A DNA stretch of 64,000 bases from Octopus bimaculoides (Eukaryota), in the NCBI RefSeq assembly GCF_001194135.2, contig NC_068987.1, forward strand, positions 77,518,715 to 77,582,714, read 5' to 3'. This document shows, in pieces, positions 1-13,589 of this stretch. Below the pieces are notes generated by a model. It saw only the letters and a list, made by a program, of their open reading frames with translations, had not been told where the DNA came from and ran no database searches. How positions within the stretch are numbered: the first letter of the stretch is position 1; every line of letters begins with the position of its first letter. Position numbers and translations under genes: made by a program.

Positions 1-50
<50 letters not shown>

Positions 51-140
51 TACATACATAGTACGTACATACATGCATGCATACATACATACATACATAC
101 ATACGTACATACATACATACATACATACATACATACATAC
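1..140. repeat. (TA)n(CA)n(TACA)n microsatellite
   Basis: Directly visible. Confidence 0.95.
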
Positions 141-2639
141 AACGTGTTAAAAGCATTATTAAAAGAGAACATTATACGAAAATTCAACTAGTTATTTACT
201 CTACCAAATGATAGTCTTGTTACTGTGATCTCATTAAATTTCAACATTTTCTAATACGACAAACAAAGCAGCTGCTAACTTCAGATTCTTGGTTTGAATC
301 AAGCTAAATTGTTGCTAAGCACTTCTATTGGTTGTAAAACATTTGATTTTAACCTAATGTGTAGTTAAACTTCAGATTTCCCATCCCACCTCATTCCCAC
401 TTAATGCTGTTTGTTCTAAATTAGAGTGTGCTCAATCAAACCTCAGAGGTGACACAGCCTCAGCAGTCAAGTATCTATGGCAATAAGCCAAGTGACATTA
501 TTAAGAGATTCTTGTAACGAGGAAAAAAATGTACATTAATGAATAACGGACTCAAATTTGAATCTTTCAATGAAATATTTTAGTAGGCAAAATAAGAAAA
601 CAAGCTAAAATCGCAAATACAACGTAATCAAGGACTAAATATATCATGATATTCATATAACAAAGATGAAGAGAAAAACCGAGGCTTAAACAAGAATTTG
701 ATGAGATGAAAATGCAATTTTTATAGAATTCTGTAGAGCCATCGACATAATCTGAAGGTAAGTTTTGGACGGAACTCAAAATTTTATGGTTTGTGCATTT
801 AATGAAGTATCTAGTTCTTAGTCTTTTGTTTTCTTATGGCTATAGACTTAGAAACCTTTAGTATTTGGTAAATACGAGGTTAGGCTCTCCTTCTTTCATT
901 ATAGGATAAAGATATTTCTGACTATGAAGCCAGCCAATGAAATGAAAATAGACGTGTGTGTGTGTGTGTGTGCGTGTGCGCGTGTGTGTGCGTGAATTTG
1001 ATTTCATGTTTTTGTGTTCCTAAAATGATTTATCGTTTCTAAGGCGTCGAGTTGACAAAACGCTTAACGGCATTTCTTTCGGCTTCGCGTTCGGTGTTCA
1101 AATTCCGCCGAGGTCGACTTTGCCTTTCATTCATTCGCATCGCAGTCGATAAAAATAAGGACCACTTGAGCACTGGAATCAATGTAAATGACTACTCCCA
1201 CCCCCACCCCGCCCCGCCCACAAATTTCTGGCTTTCTGCCTGTAGTAGATAGAAAAAGGATGTTTTGCTCCACAACATCGGTTCACGATTATTACCTGTT
1301 GATCGGTGCTATTGGTAGCTCCATATCGCTTAGGTCTCTAACAACAAATTGCCCTACTACATTCATTTTCAAATCCTTGTTGAGGCCAAAGGTCCTTTAA
1401 AATAAGGGTCTTCAGAAAAGAGTTCGCTAATTAACAACAATGACAATAATATTCAGGCATACCTATTTTTTAATAACTTTTTATTTTATTTTTCATGTCA
1501 TCACATGTTAAGTGGATCTTTAAATTCAGACATCTGGTATGGATTAATCCGGGATAAAGGATTGTGTCTCTGGTCTTCGCAGTCCTTCCAAGACTTGTTC
1601 AGATACGTCAGGACTTCTGCAAGCCGTTCAAGATTTGTCTGATCGTCCGTGACTTTTGCAGGCCCTTAAACTTGAGACATACTATCTACGAAACTTCGCC
1701 GGCCTTTCACGGCTGATCAGATAGATGAGATTTACATTCACCTTGAACATCTGAAGGTTTGATGTCTGTAGAACACACATAAGCATAGAGAAAATTTCGG
1801 AATGTTAACCTCCTAGGGACAAAGGATTAGTAGAATTGGTTTGTGCTGTTGCTTGCGATGAGACAAGTGTTGGTTACGAGATGAGGAGAGCAAGGTCTGT
1901 CGTATGGTCTTCTGTAGAAACGTTTATGCAACCAGATACTTCCGAGGAAGAGAAGCCGTTGAAATAACGATACACAGAGCATAGAGAAGGGAGTGGGAAT
2001 GAAAGAAGTAGAGAGAGTTGGTATGTCTGTGGACAAAGTGTTGTGTGTTGAAAGAGCCTTTGTTAATCAGTCAAATGGCCTTCTATTGAGGGTGTGATTT
2101 AGAACCTTTATTTACGTAGCTGCAATACCAAGATACAGGACAGTGCGTACGTGCGTGCGTACGCACGTGTGTGCGTGCGTACGTATGTGCGTACGTGCGT
2201 GCGTGCGTGCGTGCATACGTCTGGCTTCCACGCAATTTCCGCCTCCCAGATTCATTCACAAGGCATTACTTAGCCTGGGAATACAGCTTAAGATACTTCC
2301 CCACGGTGTGCTGTGCTGTGGGACTGAACCTTAACTCACGTGGTTGCAAAGTGAGCTTCTTAGCCCTACAAACAGGTGTCAACAATACCTGTTATTATAC
2401 CTGTTCAGGTGTCAACAATACCTGTTAGTAACTTTGCTGCTTTTTTCTACATATTGACTTGAAATTTTGTCAGTAGGTACTTAAATACTAATGATTTACA
2501 ATTACATATTCTTATCTGATTTTTCTGGTTGAATTTGATCTCCAATGGACAGGTGAACTTAATTAACAGGTGTAAATGCAATAACATTGTGAATAAACAC
2601 TAAAATTGAACCTCTGTATGTCCTACATATTTGTATTCT

Positions 2640-3206
2640 TTATTTTTTACTCTTTTATTGTTTCAGTCGTTTGACTTCGGCCATGCTGGAGCACCACCTT
2701 TATTCGAACAAATCGACCCCAAAACTTATTCTTTGTCAGCCTAGGACTTATTCTATCGGTCTATTTTGACGAACCGCTAAGTGACGGGGACGCAAACACT
2801 CCAGCATCAGTTGTCAAGCGATGGTGGTGGGGACAAAGACAGACACACAAACACAGTCGAAAGACATCTGTTGTTGTGTCCCGTTATTATTCCTACTGTA
2901 TTTGTGTAACATTGTTCGTTTTCTTTCCGTCGTTGTTTTTGTAAACATTCGCTGCTTTCTTCCAAGGAATCTAATACTCTTAGCTTAGTTTTTCCTTGGG
3001 GCTGGCCAGATTGGAGCAATATCGAGAATAACCAGCCGAAATTGCAAAGATAATCTGGATCTCGACTGAAGAGAGAAAACTCCGAATGACATGTCCGTGT
3101 TTTCTTTGTATCGTCTATCTGGATGTTTTGTCCCTTTCTTGTATCACATAAACTGTCTGGATGTTTTGCGTTCTTGTCCTATTCTGTATTATTTATATAT
3201 ACATAC

Positions 3207-3245
<39 letters not shown>

Positions 3246-3410
3246 CGACGGGCTTCTTTCAGTTTCCGTCTACCAAATCCACCCACAAGGCTTTGGTCGG
3301 CCCGAGGCTATAGTACAAGACACTTGTCCAAGGTGCCACGCAGTGGGACTGAACCCGGAACCATGTGGTTGGTAAGCAAGCTACTTACCACACAGCCAGG
3401 TCTACGCCTA
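2640..3410 (-). mobile_element. SINE family A copy with an unrelated insert at about 2880-3190
   Basis: Both halves match the 5988-6325 element. Confidence 0.75.
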
Positions 3411-4589
3411 CTGTTTACGTCCTCGGCAAAAGAGACCTATAAAATAAGTACCAGGCTTTAAAAAAAACCTTCAAGGCGGTGCCTCAGTAAAGCCGTAGTT
3501 CAATGATTGAAACATGTAAAAGATATATTTACTATTTATACAAAATAATTGTTGTGTTCGATTATATTGCCGTAATATTTTGAATGACGTCCTGAACCTC
3601 TTCATCACATTTACTATCAAAACATGCAGTATCTGGAAGGTACGAGGTTTCAGTGACATGATTTTTTTTTATTAATATCATAAGAGACCGGTTACAGCCA
3701 GTTTGAATATAACACGGGTGAGCCATCAGGGCCAAATACGACCGATTTAAATGCTAGAGGTAATAATTATTATATAGACGGATGCCCTTTTTAGTTTTCA
3801 CATCTTCGTATGTTGAACCACCGAGCTTCCGGCTTTTTGTTCATGTGATATAAAGACGTCGCCACGGCATAAGAGGCTAAGTGGCAATGCGAAGACAAGC
3901 ACATATGTACACGTATGTTAATTTGTCTGTGTACCAGCTTCGGTGAAGGAGTTAGTCTATTACCTGGTCCTTGGATGACTTTGGAGTCAGGTCCCCTGTT
4001 TAAAGATAACTTCTTCTCATGACCCTTTTCAAGGTCATGATGGCTCCACTGACTTAGCGATAACCATATTTTTTTTCTTTCTATTATCGGCACAAGACCT
4101 AGAATTTTGAGAGAAGGGTCATAGCGATTATACTGACCACAGTGTTCCACTGGTACGTATTTTATCGACCCCCAAAAGGATAAAATGCAAAGTTGACTTC
4201 GACAGAATGTGAACTCGGGAGGTAAAGCATAAAAACTAGAAGAAATGCTCCTAAGAAATTTACCTGGCGTGCTACCGATTTTGCCAACTCACCTCACCTA
4301 TAACCAAATTTCATCATAAATTTACTTCACGTTTGCATTCTACCATTGTGTAATCCTTCACTCTGAAGGTCTCTCAGAGTCCAATACTGACTGACTAACT
4401 AGCAACCTCAAGTCAAGTCACGTTTTATCTTCACGCTTCCACCTTATAAAATACAACGCTTCCTTTATTGTCTGCTGTACAAGTCACTATTGACTTCATT
4501 TCTCAAAATATAATCTGAGGGAGATCTTGGCTGCTATTTCTATTTTCAATGAAGAGCGTTCTACCTATAACATATTTTAATACCTTTTA

Positions 4590-5519
4590 CCCATTTCTTT
4601 CAGTCATTTGACTGCGGCCATACTGGAGCCCCACCTCGAAGAATATTTGATTAATTGAATCGACCCCAGTATTCATGTATTTTTTAAGCCTGATTCTATC
4701 AGTCTCTTTTACCAAACCGCTAAATTACGGGGATGTAAACACACCAACACCGGTTGTCACTCGATGGTGGGGGCAAACACAGACACACACACGTCCACAC
4801 GCACATGTATATATATATATATATATATATATATNNNNNNNNNNNNNNNNNNNNNNNNNNNNNNNNNNNNNNNNNNNNNNNNNNNNNNNNNNNNNNNNNN
4901 NNNNNNNNNNNNNNNNNNNNNNNNNNNNNNNNNNNNNNNNNNNNNNNNNNNNNNNNNNNNNNNNNNNNNNNNNNNNNNNNNNNNNNNNNNNNNNNNNNNN
5001 NNNNNNNNNNNNNNNNNNNNNNNNNNNNNNNNNNNNNNNNNNNNNNNNNNNNNNNNNNNNNNNNNNNNNNNNNNNNNNNNNNNNNNNNNNNNNNNNNNNN
5101 NNNNNNNNNNNNNNNNNNNNNNNNNNNNNNNNNNNNNNNNNNNNNNNNNNNNNNNNNNNNNNNNNNNNNNNNNNNNNNNNNNNNNNNNNNNNNNNNNNNN
5201 NNNNNNNNNNNNNNNNNNNNNNNNNNNNNNNNNNNNNNNNNNNNNNNNNNNNNNNNNNNNNNNNNNNNNNNNNNNNNNNNNNNNNNNNNNNNNNNNNNNN
5301 NNNNNNNNNNNNNNNNNNNNNNNNNNNNNNNNNNNNNNNNNNNNNNNNNNNNNNNNNNNNNNNNNNNNNNNNNNNNNNNNNNNNNNNNNNNNNNNNNNNN
5401 NNNNNNNNNNNNNNNNNNNNNNNNNNNNNNNNNNNNNNNNNNNNNNNNNNNNNNNNNNNNNNNNNNNNNNNNNNNNNNNNNNNNNNNNNNNNNNNNNNNN
5501 NNNNNNNNNNNNNNNNNNN

Positions 5520-5550
<31 letters not shown>

Positions 5551-5690
5551 CATACGACGGGCTTCTTTCAGTTTCCGTCTACCAAATCCACTCACGAGGC
5601 TTTGGTCGGCCCGAGGCTATAGTAGAAGATACTTGCCCAAGGTGCCACGCAGTGGGACTGAACCTGGAACCATGTGGTTGGTAAGCGAGT
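4590..5690 (-). mobile_element. SINE family A copy whose central microsatellite contains the N gap 4835-5519
   Basis: Flanks match the family; gap bordered by (TA)n. Confidence 0.8.
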
Positions 5691-5987
5691 TATCTTTCAT
5701 TTATTTCAGTGACTCGACTGCAGCAATGCTGGGGCACCACCTTGAAGGGGTTTAGTCGAGCAAATCGACCCCAGAACGTATTTTGTTTTAAAGCGTATTT
5801 TGACCCCAGAACGTATTTTGTTCTCTTACAAGAGAAAATTTTTTTTTTCCTCCATGGTAGTTACAGCGAATTTGCCTTTAGAAGCTGAAATGTGTCGCAA
5901 ACATATTTTAACTTACCTTAAGTTTGCTTATGCTTATTAACACTGCTTGGCACTTATACTGCTGTGTAATAATTTCACAAAAACCTC

Positions 5988-6325
5988 AGGCGCAGGAGTG
6001 GCTGTGTGGTAAGTAGTTTTCTTACCAACCACATGGTTCCGGGTTCAGTCCCACTGCGTGGCACCTTGAGCAAGTGTCTTCTACTATAGCCTCGGGCCAA
6101 CCAAAGCCTTGTGACTGGATTTGGTAGACGGAAACTGAAAGAAGACCGTCGTATATATGTATATGTGTGTATATGTTTGTGTGTCTGTGTTTGTCCCCCC
6201 AGCATCGCTTGACAACCGATGGTGGTGTGTTTACGTCCCCGTAACTTAACGGTTCGGCAAAAGAGACCGATAGAATAAGTACTAGGCTTACAAAGAATAA
6301 GTTCTGGGGTCGATTTGCTCGACTA
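5988..6325 (+). mobile_element. tRNA-derived SINE family A (head ggcgcaggagtggctgtgtggtaag, central (TA)n/(TG)n)
   Basis: A box TGGCTGTGTGG, B box GGTTCAGTCCC; many further copies in the window. Confidence 0.85.
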
Positions 6326-6442
6326 AACATGTAAAAGAGTAAAGAGAACCGTCAATTTTGATACCAAAACGAAGTTGGCAGGTGCAGACTAGCACAGTGT
6401 AAGGGAGGCAACTCAACGTTGACTGATTGAACTATCTATCTC

Positions 6443-6620
6443 AGCGGTTCTAAACCGGGGCCCATATGGTCTTTGGAGGTCCATATAAGATTTTATAATT
6501 AATCTGCAATAAACCGGTTATATTTCTCCAATACACAAAATATTTTTACAATTCCTAATAATACTTAGTGATAAGAATATAATAGAATTTTTTAAACGTC
6601 CGTTTAAATTACGAATCAAT
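6443..6620 (+). mobile_element. Possible hAT-type terminal fragment
   Basis: CAGCGGTTCTAAACCGGGG resembles hAT/Charlie TIR starts; no partner TIR found. Confidence 0.3.
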
Positions 6621-8028
6621 GCGTAAACTAATAATAGCCTATTCTTTAACTTTTACTTGTTTCAGTTATTCGACTGCAGCCATGCTGGGGCACCGCCTTG
6701 AAGGGTTTTACGCGAACAAATCGACCCCAGGACTTTTTTTTTTTTTTTAGCTTAGTACTTATTCTATCCATTTCTTTGGCCGAACCGCTAGGTTACGGAA
6801 ATATAAACACACCAGCACCGGTTCTCAAGCGCTGATTAGTAATAAACACAGAAACAAAGACACATACACACATATATATATACACCCACACGCGACAAGC
6901 TTCTTTCAGCTTTAGTCTACCAAATCCACTCACAAAGGCTTTGGTCGACGCCGAGGCTACAGTAAAAGACACTTGCCCAAGGCGCTACGCAGTCGGACTG
7001 AACCTGAAACCATGTGGTTGAGAAACTAGCTTCTTACCACAGAGCTACGCCTGCGCCTATAACAACCAATAATTTTCAAAATTTGTTCTTTTTTTTATAC
7101 TGAGATCAAAAAAAGGAAACATTCGTTTGGTCTGCAAGAGATAATTATGTTTATTAAAAGCAACATCCGATGAAGCAAGACCCAAATCCATGATATCAGT
7201 TTTAATACATACGCAGAGAGAATTTCCCGCATATTCAACGTTCAATTGTCATTCCAACTGTGACCATCCCAATTTTTTCGATTTTCTGACATACTGTATT
7301 AACTTGTCTCGTCTTGCTACTTCGGCTTATAAAGGATTCGTAAATACGACCCCATAATGCATACCGTGTGACTCAAGTATTTTAATCTGGTGGGGTTCAT
7401 TATTCTCATAGTTTGACTACATCCGATTTCATTTAACGTCCGTTTCCCATGCTGGCATGGATTGGACGGCTTGAGAGGAAATGGCAAAGCCAGGGGTCGC
7501 ACCATGTTCCATATTTTGTTTTGTTTTGACTACGTTTCTACAGCTGGATGCCCTTCCTAATACCAACCATTTTACAGTGTATTGGATGCTTTTTACGTAG
7601 CATCTTGGTTTAAGGATATCAGCTCTATTGTGGTAAGTCGGTCTTCTTGAGTACAATAAAGCGCCTAAAGAAAAAAAAAAGTACTAATCCTTCATATTGG
7701 ACTGGTACTTTATTAATTTTGAGAGGATGAAGTGCAAAATTGATTCCGAGAGGAATTGAACTCCGAATACAATCCGTACCATAACACATTTTATCTGGTG
7801 CTCGAATGACTTTTCCAAGTTCATTCCCTTATAATACTTAGTATGTGTAGCCTTATCAGATTCATTCATCACTGGTTCAAGACAACACAGTACACTCAAT
7901 TGTGAACCATGTTCAAAAGTTCAGCTTAGACCACAGAAACGCGCCCCAGCGACCACCCAAAATGCACTGACTATCGCTAGTGTTAATGTGATTTACTAAG
8001 AATGCATAACTTTATTATATCGATTTAC

Positions 8029-8080
8029 GTGAACAGAACAAAATTGAAGATGTCTTGACCAATGACGCAGCCGACTGCAT
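8029..8080 (-). CDS. Possible first coding exon of an unidentified gene: MQSAASLVKTSSILFCS(x)
   Basis: tcaaagATG context (same as RPS16), pyrimidine-rich leader, C|gtaaat donor, located in a repeat-poor CpG-richer block (about 7900-8700); no downstream exon recognised. Confidence 0.35.
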
Positions 8081-9794
8081 CTTTGACAGGAAAAGGTGGA
8101 GACGGTCAAGAAAATGCGGAACGGCAGAAGCTTCGTTGCCGTATACTCCGAGTTTGAATCTTAAAGTGCGTTGAGATGATTCATTTATCACGTTTTTTTT
8201 TTTTTTTTTTTTTAATACAAAACCTCAACGATAAACTAGGATAATTGCATTAGTTTATCCTATATGTATTTCACCATTGCATAGACATTTGAGAATGTAT
8301 TTTAAGGTCTTGCTGCATTTTTTTTTAGGAGACTACGTATAGTTAAATCGCTGGAGCCTATAACGGCGAACGTGAGATACCAAAGCAATTTCACTGTTCC
8401 TTTGAGAAATAATACTGGGAGTAATTATGAAAAGGAAAAAGCCTGACTGATGTAAGATTGTCCGGCAGGAAAACTATTTCATGTATTTTTAAAGGTAACT
8501 GAAAAAAGGAAATAAAAATAAATAAAACACTAATGTTGTGGCATATTAATATTTGCTATAAACAAATATTGAACATTTCCCACCACAATGCGCCGAAAAC
8601 TTCGAATTCATATCGGGACTAAACTACGTCTATAGAAGGGAGATAACTCTTTAAACCGGCATGATTCACTCTATATAATATACCATATTTAAGACCAAAC
8701 TTGCGTTCAACTTCGAGTGAAAACGGTACAAATTATTCTAAGCTAGTCCAACACTATGATGTTAAATAAAAAGTATTTATTTTATCTGCATATTAATAGA
8801 TGGAGCGGATCCAAAAAAATTTACTATTTTAGGAAAGGAGACTGCCAAGCATCCACCATTTTACTAAATTAAGTACAAGCGTCAATATGACTAAATCTTG
8901 AAAGAAAATGCCTCGACACAGCCCCTTTGACTGCATTCCGAGAAAAGCTAAATTGATCAAACTATAAATCACTTAAAATATGATCCAGCCTCTCTGGTCT
9001 GCAGATGTGCTAATTCCTCTCAGATGAAGCCATTAACAAGTTTCAGTTTCGTAAAATCTCCTTAATCCTAATTTTATTTCTTTCATTACCATACTTCCAT
9101 AGAAGTATGCTAAGAAACAAGAATTTAATAAAATGACTCATTATTAAACTCGTGTGGAACGTAAATTAATGAAATTTTGATAGGTTTTAATTTGTATCAC
9201 TAACACTTAGGCATTTCAAATGACCATATCATACCCAAATATTCTTTGCATTTTAAGTTCAAACTGATTAGATCTAGCCTATCACACTTACCCAACAATG
9301 TCATTCTAAAAATAATCACAAAAAATCTTAGAACAAAATGCACTATTAACTCATAACACTAAATAAATTAACATTACACTTAAGAGTATCTAAATGCTAA
9401 ATGGTTAAAACAAGAAACTTCTACCATAGAACCAAGAGCCATCTTAGTGGTTATACAGAAAAGTGCCCTATTTATTAATGCCATATAGATAAGTATCTAC
9501 AGCTGTGTTGTCTGAATACATTCAATCATCACTTCATATTATGAATAATCATTATTCTAATAACCTTTTTAGTTTTTTCAAATACACAAATTCATGTCAC
9601 ACAGCCAGCTGACGTTTCTTCTGCACATATAGCAGTCAAAATCAGCCCAGCAAAGTGTGTGTGTGTGTGTGTGTGGCTTTTTGTTGAAGCCTCTCTATGC
9701 TACAACAGATCAGATAGATTTGAAAATACAATCTCAATCCAGCATCTTTTCAAAAACGAAAAAAAACTCAGTGGTTTCTCAGAAAAATTCCATG

Positions 9795-9800
9795 TTTATT
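9795..9800 (-). terminator. RPS16 polyadenylation signal AATAAA
   Basis: AATAAA 9 nt after the stop codon. Confidence 0.75.
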
Positions 9801-9809
9801 ACATATATT

Positions 9810-10010
<201 letters not shown>

Positions 10011-10339
10011 TTATTAGCTCTTAATTGTTCTATTCTGTTGATTTGTTTGTTTGTTTTTAGTGGGATTTTTTTTGGGGGGGGGGGGGGTAGCCATTGGCCA
10101 GTGGCCATGCTACACATTGCCTTCAAAGGATTTCATCAACCTAAGTACTTTATTTCTACTCACAACCTGAACTCCAACCATGGAGTAAAAAGCTAACTTA
10201 AATCTCACAGATGTCTGCACTCATTGTCAAAAGCATGGAAGATGTTATTAAAAGAATATAACATCATGTTAGAATAACACAGAATATTAACATTTGTTTC
10301 TAATAAAACAGAACTACTCTTAAAGAATACAAGTTTCCA

Positions 10340-10630
10340 TCATCATCATTGTTTAACGTCCGCTTTCCATGCTAGCAATGGGTTGGACGATTTGACTGAG
10401 GACTGGTGAAACCGGATGGCAACACCAGGCTCCAATTTGGCAGAGTTTCTGCAGCTGGATGCCCTTCCTAACACCAACCACTCAGAGAGTGTAGTGGGTG
10501 CTTTTACGTGTCACCCGCACGAAGGCCAGTCAGGCGGTACTGGCAACGGCCACGCTCGAAAATGGTGTCTTTTATGTGCCACCCGCACAAGAGCCAGTCC
10601 AGGGGCACTGGCAACAATCTCGCTCGAAAA
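10340..10630 (-). mobile_element. SINE family D (Meta-domain-like core, (GAT)n tail) in RPS16 intron 5; other copies near 7420, 15900, 23470, 33380, 39450, 57130, 57800, 58085, 60945, 62750
   Basis: Core gtggttggtgttaggaagggcatccagc; tail acccatgctagcatggaaagcggacgttaaacgatgatgat. Confidence 0.8.
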
Positions 10631-11211
10631 CCATCCACCAAGAATTGAAATAAAGTTGCACCCCCAAAATGCCTACCCCTATTATATTGTGAGCACTGTG
10701 AATTTTAAGGAAATAGATGTGCAGAAAAATTTGTAACATCTGATAAGGACTTTAGTAGTATTAAGTGGTTTCACTTGAGATTTTAAGCCACAATACAAAT
10801 TTGCAGAGAGATTACCTCGTTTCACAGATTTTTTTCACTAAATATTTTTTTCTACTCAAGAATTTATTTTATTCATTTTATATAATACAGGAATTTATGC
10901 CAGTCAACCTTAAAGACCAGACAAGATAGTTACATTCAGCAGGATTTCGACAAAGACCCTTAGGGGATGAAGTGTGTTTCAAATAAAGAAACTAAAAATT
11001 TATCATTGTGGCAAAATTCATGTAATTTTTTGAAATCAATTATAATAGCCATATAAAATTTAAAAGATACATTTCTTAGCAGCAACCACTAATCGGGAAT
11101 ACACTTTAAACTCATATGTGAAACTAAAGTTGTGCTTTGTAACATCATTCCTTAGTACCTAGCATGTTATACAACACTTAAAAAAAACCAAGACTGATTC
11201 ACAAAACTTAC

Positions 11212-11259
11212 ATTTCTGGTAGTAGGCAACCAGAGCTTTAGAGATAGCCTGGCGGATAG
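11212..11259 (-). CDS. RPS16: RPS16 exon 5: (A)IRQAISKALVAYYQK(Y)
   Basis: 48 nt, cag| ... T|gtaagt, phase 1-1. Confidence 0.98.
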
Positions 11260-11401
11260 CTGCAAAAATTAAAAAGAAATACATTAGTTTTCATTAGACA
11301 GCATAAGAAAAGGATTAACAGATTAAATGCTAAATTTTTTTATCCATGCTTTTGGGGTTTGCCAGGTGTCTTTGGAGTTTAAATAACAGTATTTAAATTT
11401 T

Positions 11402-13406
11402 CGGATCCTGTTCAAAACAGGGGCACCAGTATTTTCTTAACGAAACACTTTGAAACTTGGGACACTGGTAGAATGTGTCATATAAAACATTTTTTTCTCT
11501 TAGTCTTCTTAACAAAAAAACGTACATCGCAAGTTATTTCATGTTAAAGTTGTCGTATTTCTGTATTTTCAACCAATGACTGACGTCCATTCAGCCGTAC
11601 AAATTAAGTGCTGAATACGTAAACAAACGATTCTCGGCGGTGATAAAATTATTTCCTTGTCAAAAAATGGCTGAAGCATATTGGCAGTAGCTAATAAACC
11701 TTTCTATTATAGGCACATGGCATGGTTTTTGAGGGAAGGAGCAAGTCGGTAAGGGAAAACGAACACACGTGTGTTGCCTCTGCGAAATGTCAGAAGTAAT
11801 GGAGATTAAATACGCTTTACACCGCTTAACCCTTTCGTTACCAAACCGCCCAAAGCCACCCGAAAAAAATTTTGGTTCATGTGACCAAGCTGCCCAAAAC
11901 CGCCCGTAATCACCTATTCATATTTAAATGAGAATATCTGAGCAAATCTCGTTAGTACATTCGTGAAAACACGTGATTATTTGTGTAAACAGTTCAGCTA
12001 TAGTTTTGTACAACGATCGATGTGTTTTTTTAATTTTGTGAATTTTGGGAGATTTTTTTCCAAATTTGTTCCTGTTGTGTTTTCAAAATTTGTNNNNNNN
12101 NNNNNNNNNNNNNNNNNNNNNNNNNNNNNNNNNNNNNNNNNNNNNNNNNNNNNNNNNNNNNNNNNNNNNNNNNNNNNNNNNNNNNNNNNNNNNNNNNNNN
12201 NNNNNNNNNNNNNNNNNNNNNNNNNNNNNNNNNNNNNNNNNNNNNNNNNNNNNNNNNNNNNNNNNNNNNNNNNNNNNNNNNNNNNNNNNNNNNNNNNNNN
12301 NNNNNNNNNNNNNNNNNNNNNNNNNNNNNNNNNNNNNNNNNNNNNNNNNNNNNNNNNNNNNNNNNNNNNNNNNNNNNNNNNNNNNNNNNNNNNNNNNNNN
12401 NNNNNNNNNNNNNNNNNNNNNNNNNNNNNNNNNNNNNNNNNNNNNNNNNNNNNNNNNNNNNNNNNNNNNNNNNNNNNNNNNNNNNNNNNNNNNNNNNNNN
12501 NNNNNNNNNNNNNNNNNNNNNNNNNNNNACGAGGATACGGTTTTTAAAATTGACTCAATATCTACATGTAATAGACACGACCAGTACGTGGAAAACCAGA
12601 CTTTGATCCCTTATTTAAAATAAGACCCCTCATTGACTGTGTTCAAAGCACATATAAAACAGTTTATAGATAAGGATATGGTGGGCTATAAAGGCCGAGT
12701 GCGTTTTCAACAGTATATGCCAGGAAAGCGCACAAAATGGGGGATCAAAGTTTGGAAAAGATTTGTGAATCAAATACTGGGTACTGCTCTGGATTTTAAT
12801 TTTATACTGGCAAAAGAGACAGTAATAAATCCAGTAATGTGCACAACTCTTCTATAATAATATTTTGCTGTATACCCAATTGAATATTAGCTAATAACCC
12901 ATTTTCTGTTGCGATGTTTGAACAAAAATTTTAATAATTTTATATTTTGTTGAATTTACCTGTATTTACCTGTAATTAAAGTCACTTTGTGACAAAAATT
13001 TTGGTATAGAATTGGTTGAGAACCTTTCGTTAATTTATCTTCCAAAAATCACATTAATATGTTGATAAATAAAAAAGTTAGAGTTGTTTAATGAAACCAG
13101 CCTAAATTTATGATTATGTTAGAAATTAATTGAAACACATAAGGGGTGTAATTTGGTTAGAAATAAGGTAACGAAAGGGTTAAAGTGCCAAAGGAGTAAG
13201 TGTAAACAGTTGAATGCTTGTCAGTGATTGGTTGAAATTATTGAAATAAGACAATTTTTTACATGAAATAAATCCGAATACAAAAATTTTTTTCTGTTCT
13301 ATAACACAAAATAGATAAGTATACAAAGTTTGAAAGTCTTTCGGTACCAAAAACATTACATAAAACATTAAATGAAAACTGGTGACCCCGTTTTGAACAA
13401 GATCCT
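11402..13406. mobile_element. Non-autonomous TIR element (Tc1/mariner-type MITE) with long imperfect TIRs of about 200 bp, interrupted by a piggyBac
   Basis: 11402-11428 and 13380-13406 are inverted (23/27 identical); similarity continues about 11520-11600 vs 13200-13290; TA at right end. Confidence 0.7.
11830..13179 (+). mobile_element. Internally deleted piggyBac element (PGBD4-like) with TTAA target duplication
   Basis: TTAA-CCCTTTCGTTACC ... GGTAACGAAAGGG-TTAA perfect 13-bp TIRs; remnant IDKDMVGYKGRVRFQQYMPGKRTKWGIKVW at about 12660-12760; spans N gap 12094-12528. Confidence 0.92.
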
Positions 13407-13589
13407 AATTTTCTTCATATGTGAATTAGTTTGGAAATTATAAATTTTTCAAAATGTCCCAATTGAAGATCATGACAAGAAAGGTCAAGGAAAGTGTTTA
13501 AAGAAAAATTTTAGATTGTAACTTAATGAACAGCCATTTAACACAATTCTTAAAATTATTTTAAGCAAAATTCCAACTAAAATCTTTCT

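Noticed and set aside
737-757. Plus-strand 21-nt microexon candidate (tag|AGCCATCGACATAATCTGAAG|gtaagt)
   Set aside because: Good splice signals, but no partner exons or recognisable protein; expected by chance in 64 kb.
567-779. 70-aa hydrophobic minus-strand ORF as exon 2 of the orphan gene
   Set aside because: Phase-compatible but no recognisable homology, and composition typical of AT-rich noncoding DNA.
1500-2100. Possible Penelope/other retroelement fragment
   Set aside because: Looks repeat-derived, but I could not identify a convincing protein motif, so it was left uncalled.
4675-5755. Long ORFs of 274-333 aa in the ORF track
   Set aside because: They run through the N gap and (TA)n inside a SINE. 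The same applies to ORFs at 11963-12623, 31763-32099 and 62304-62858.
13180-13368. ORF initially read as a piggyBac Cys-rich tail
   Set aside because: The sequence is the right TIR of the 11402-13406 element (inverted match to 11420-11600).
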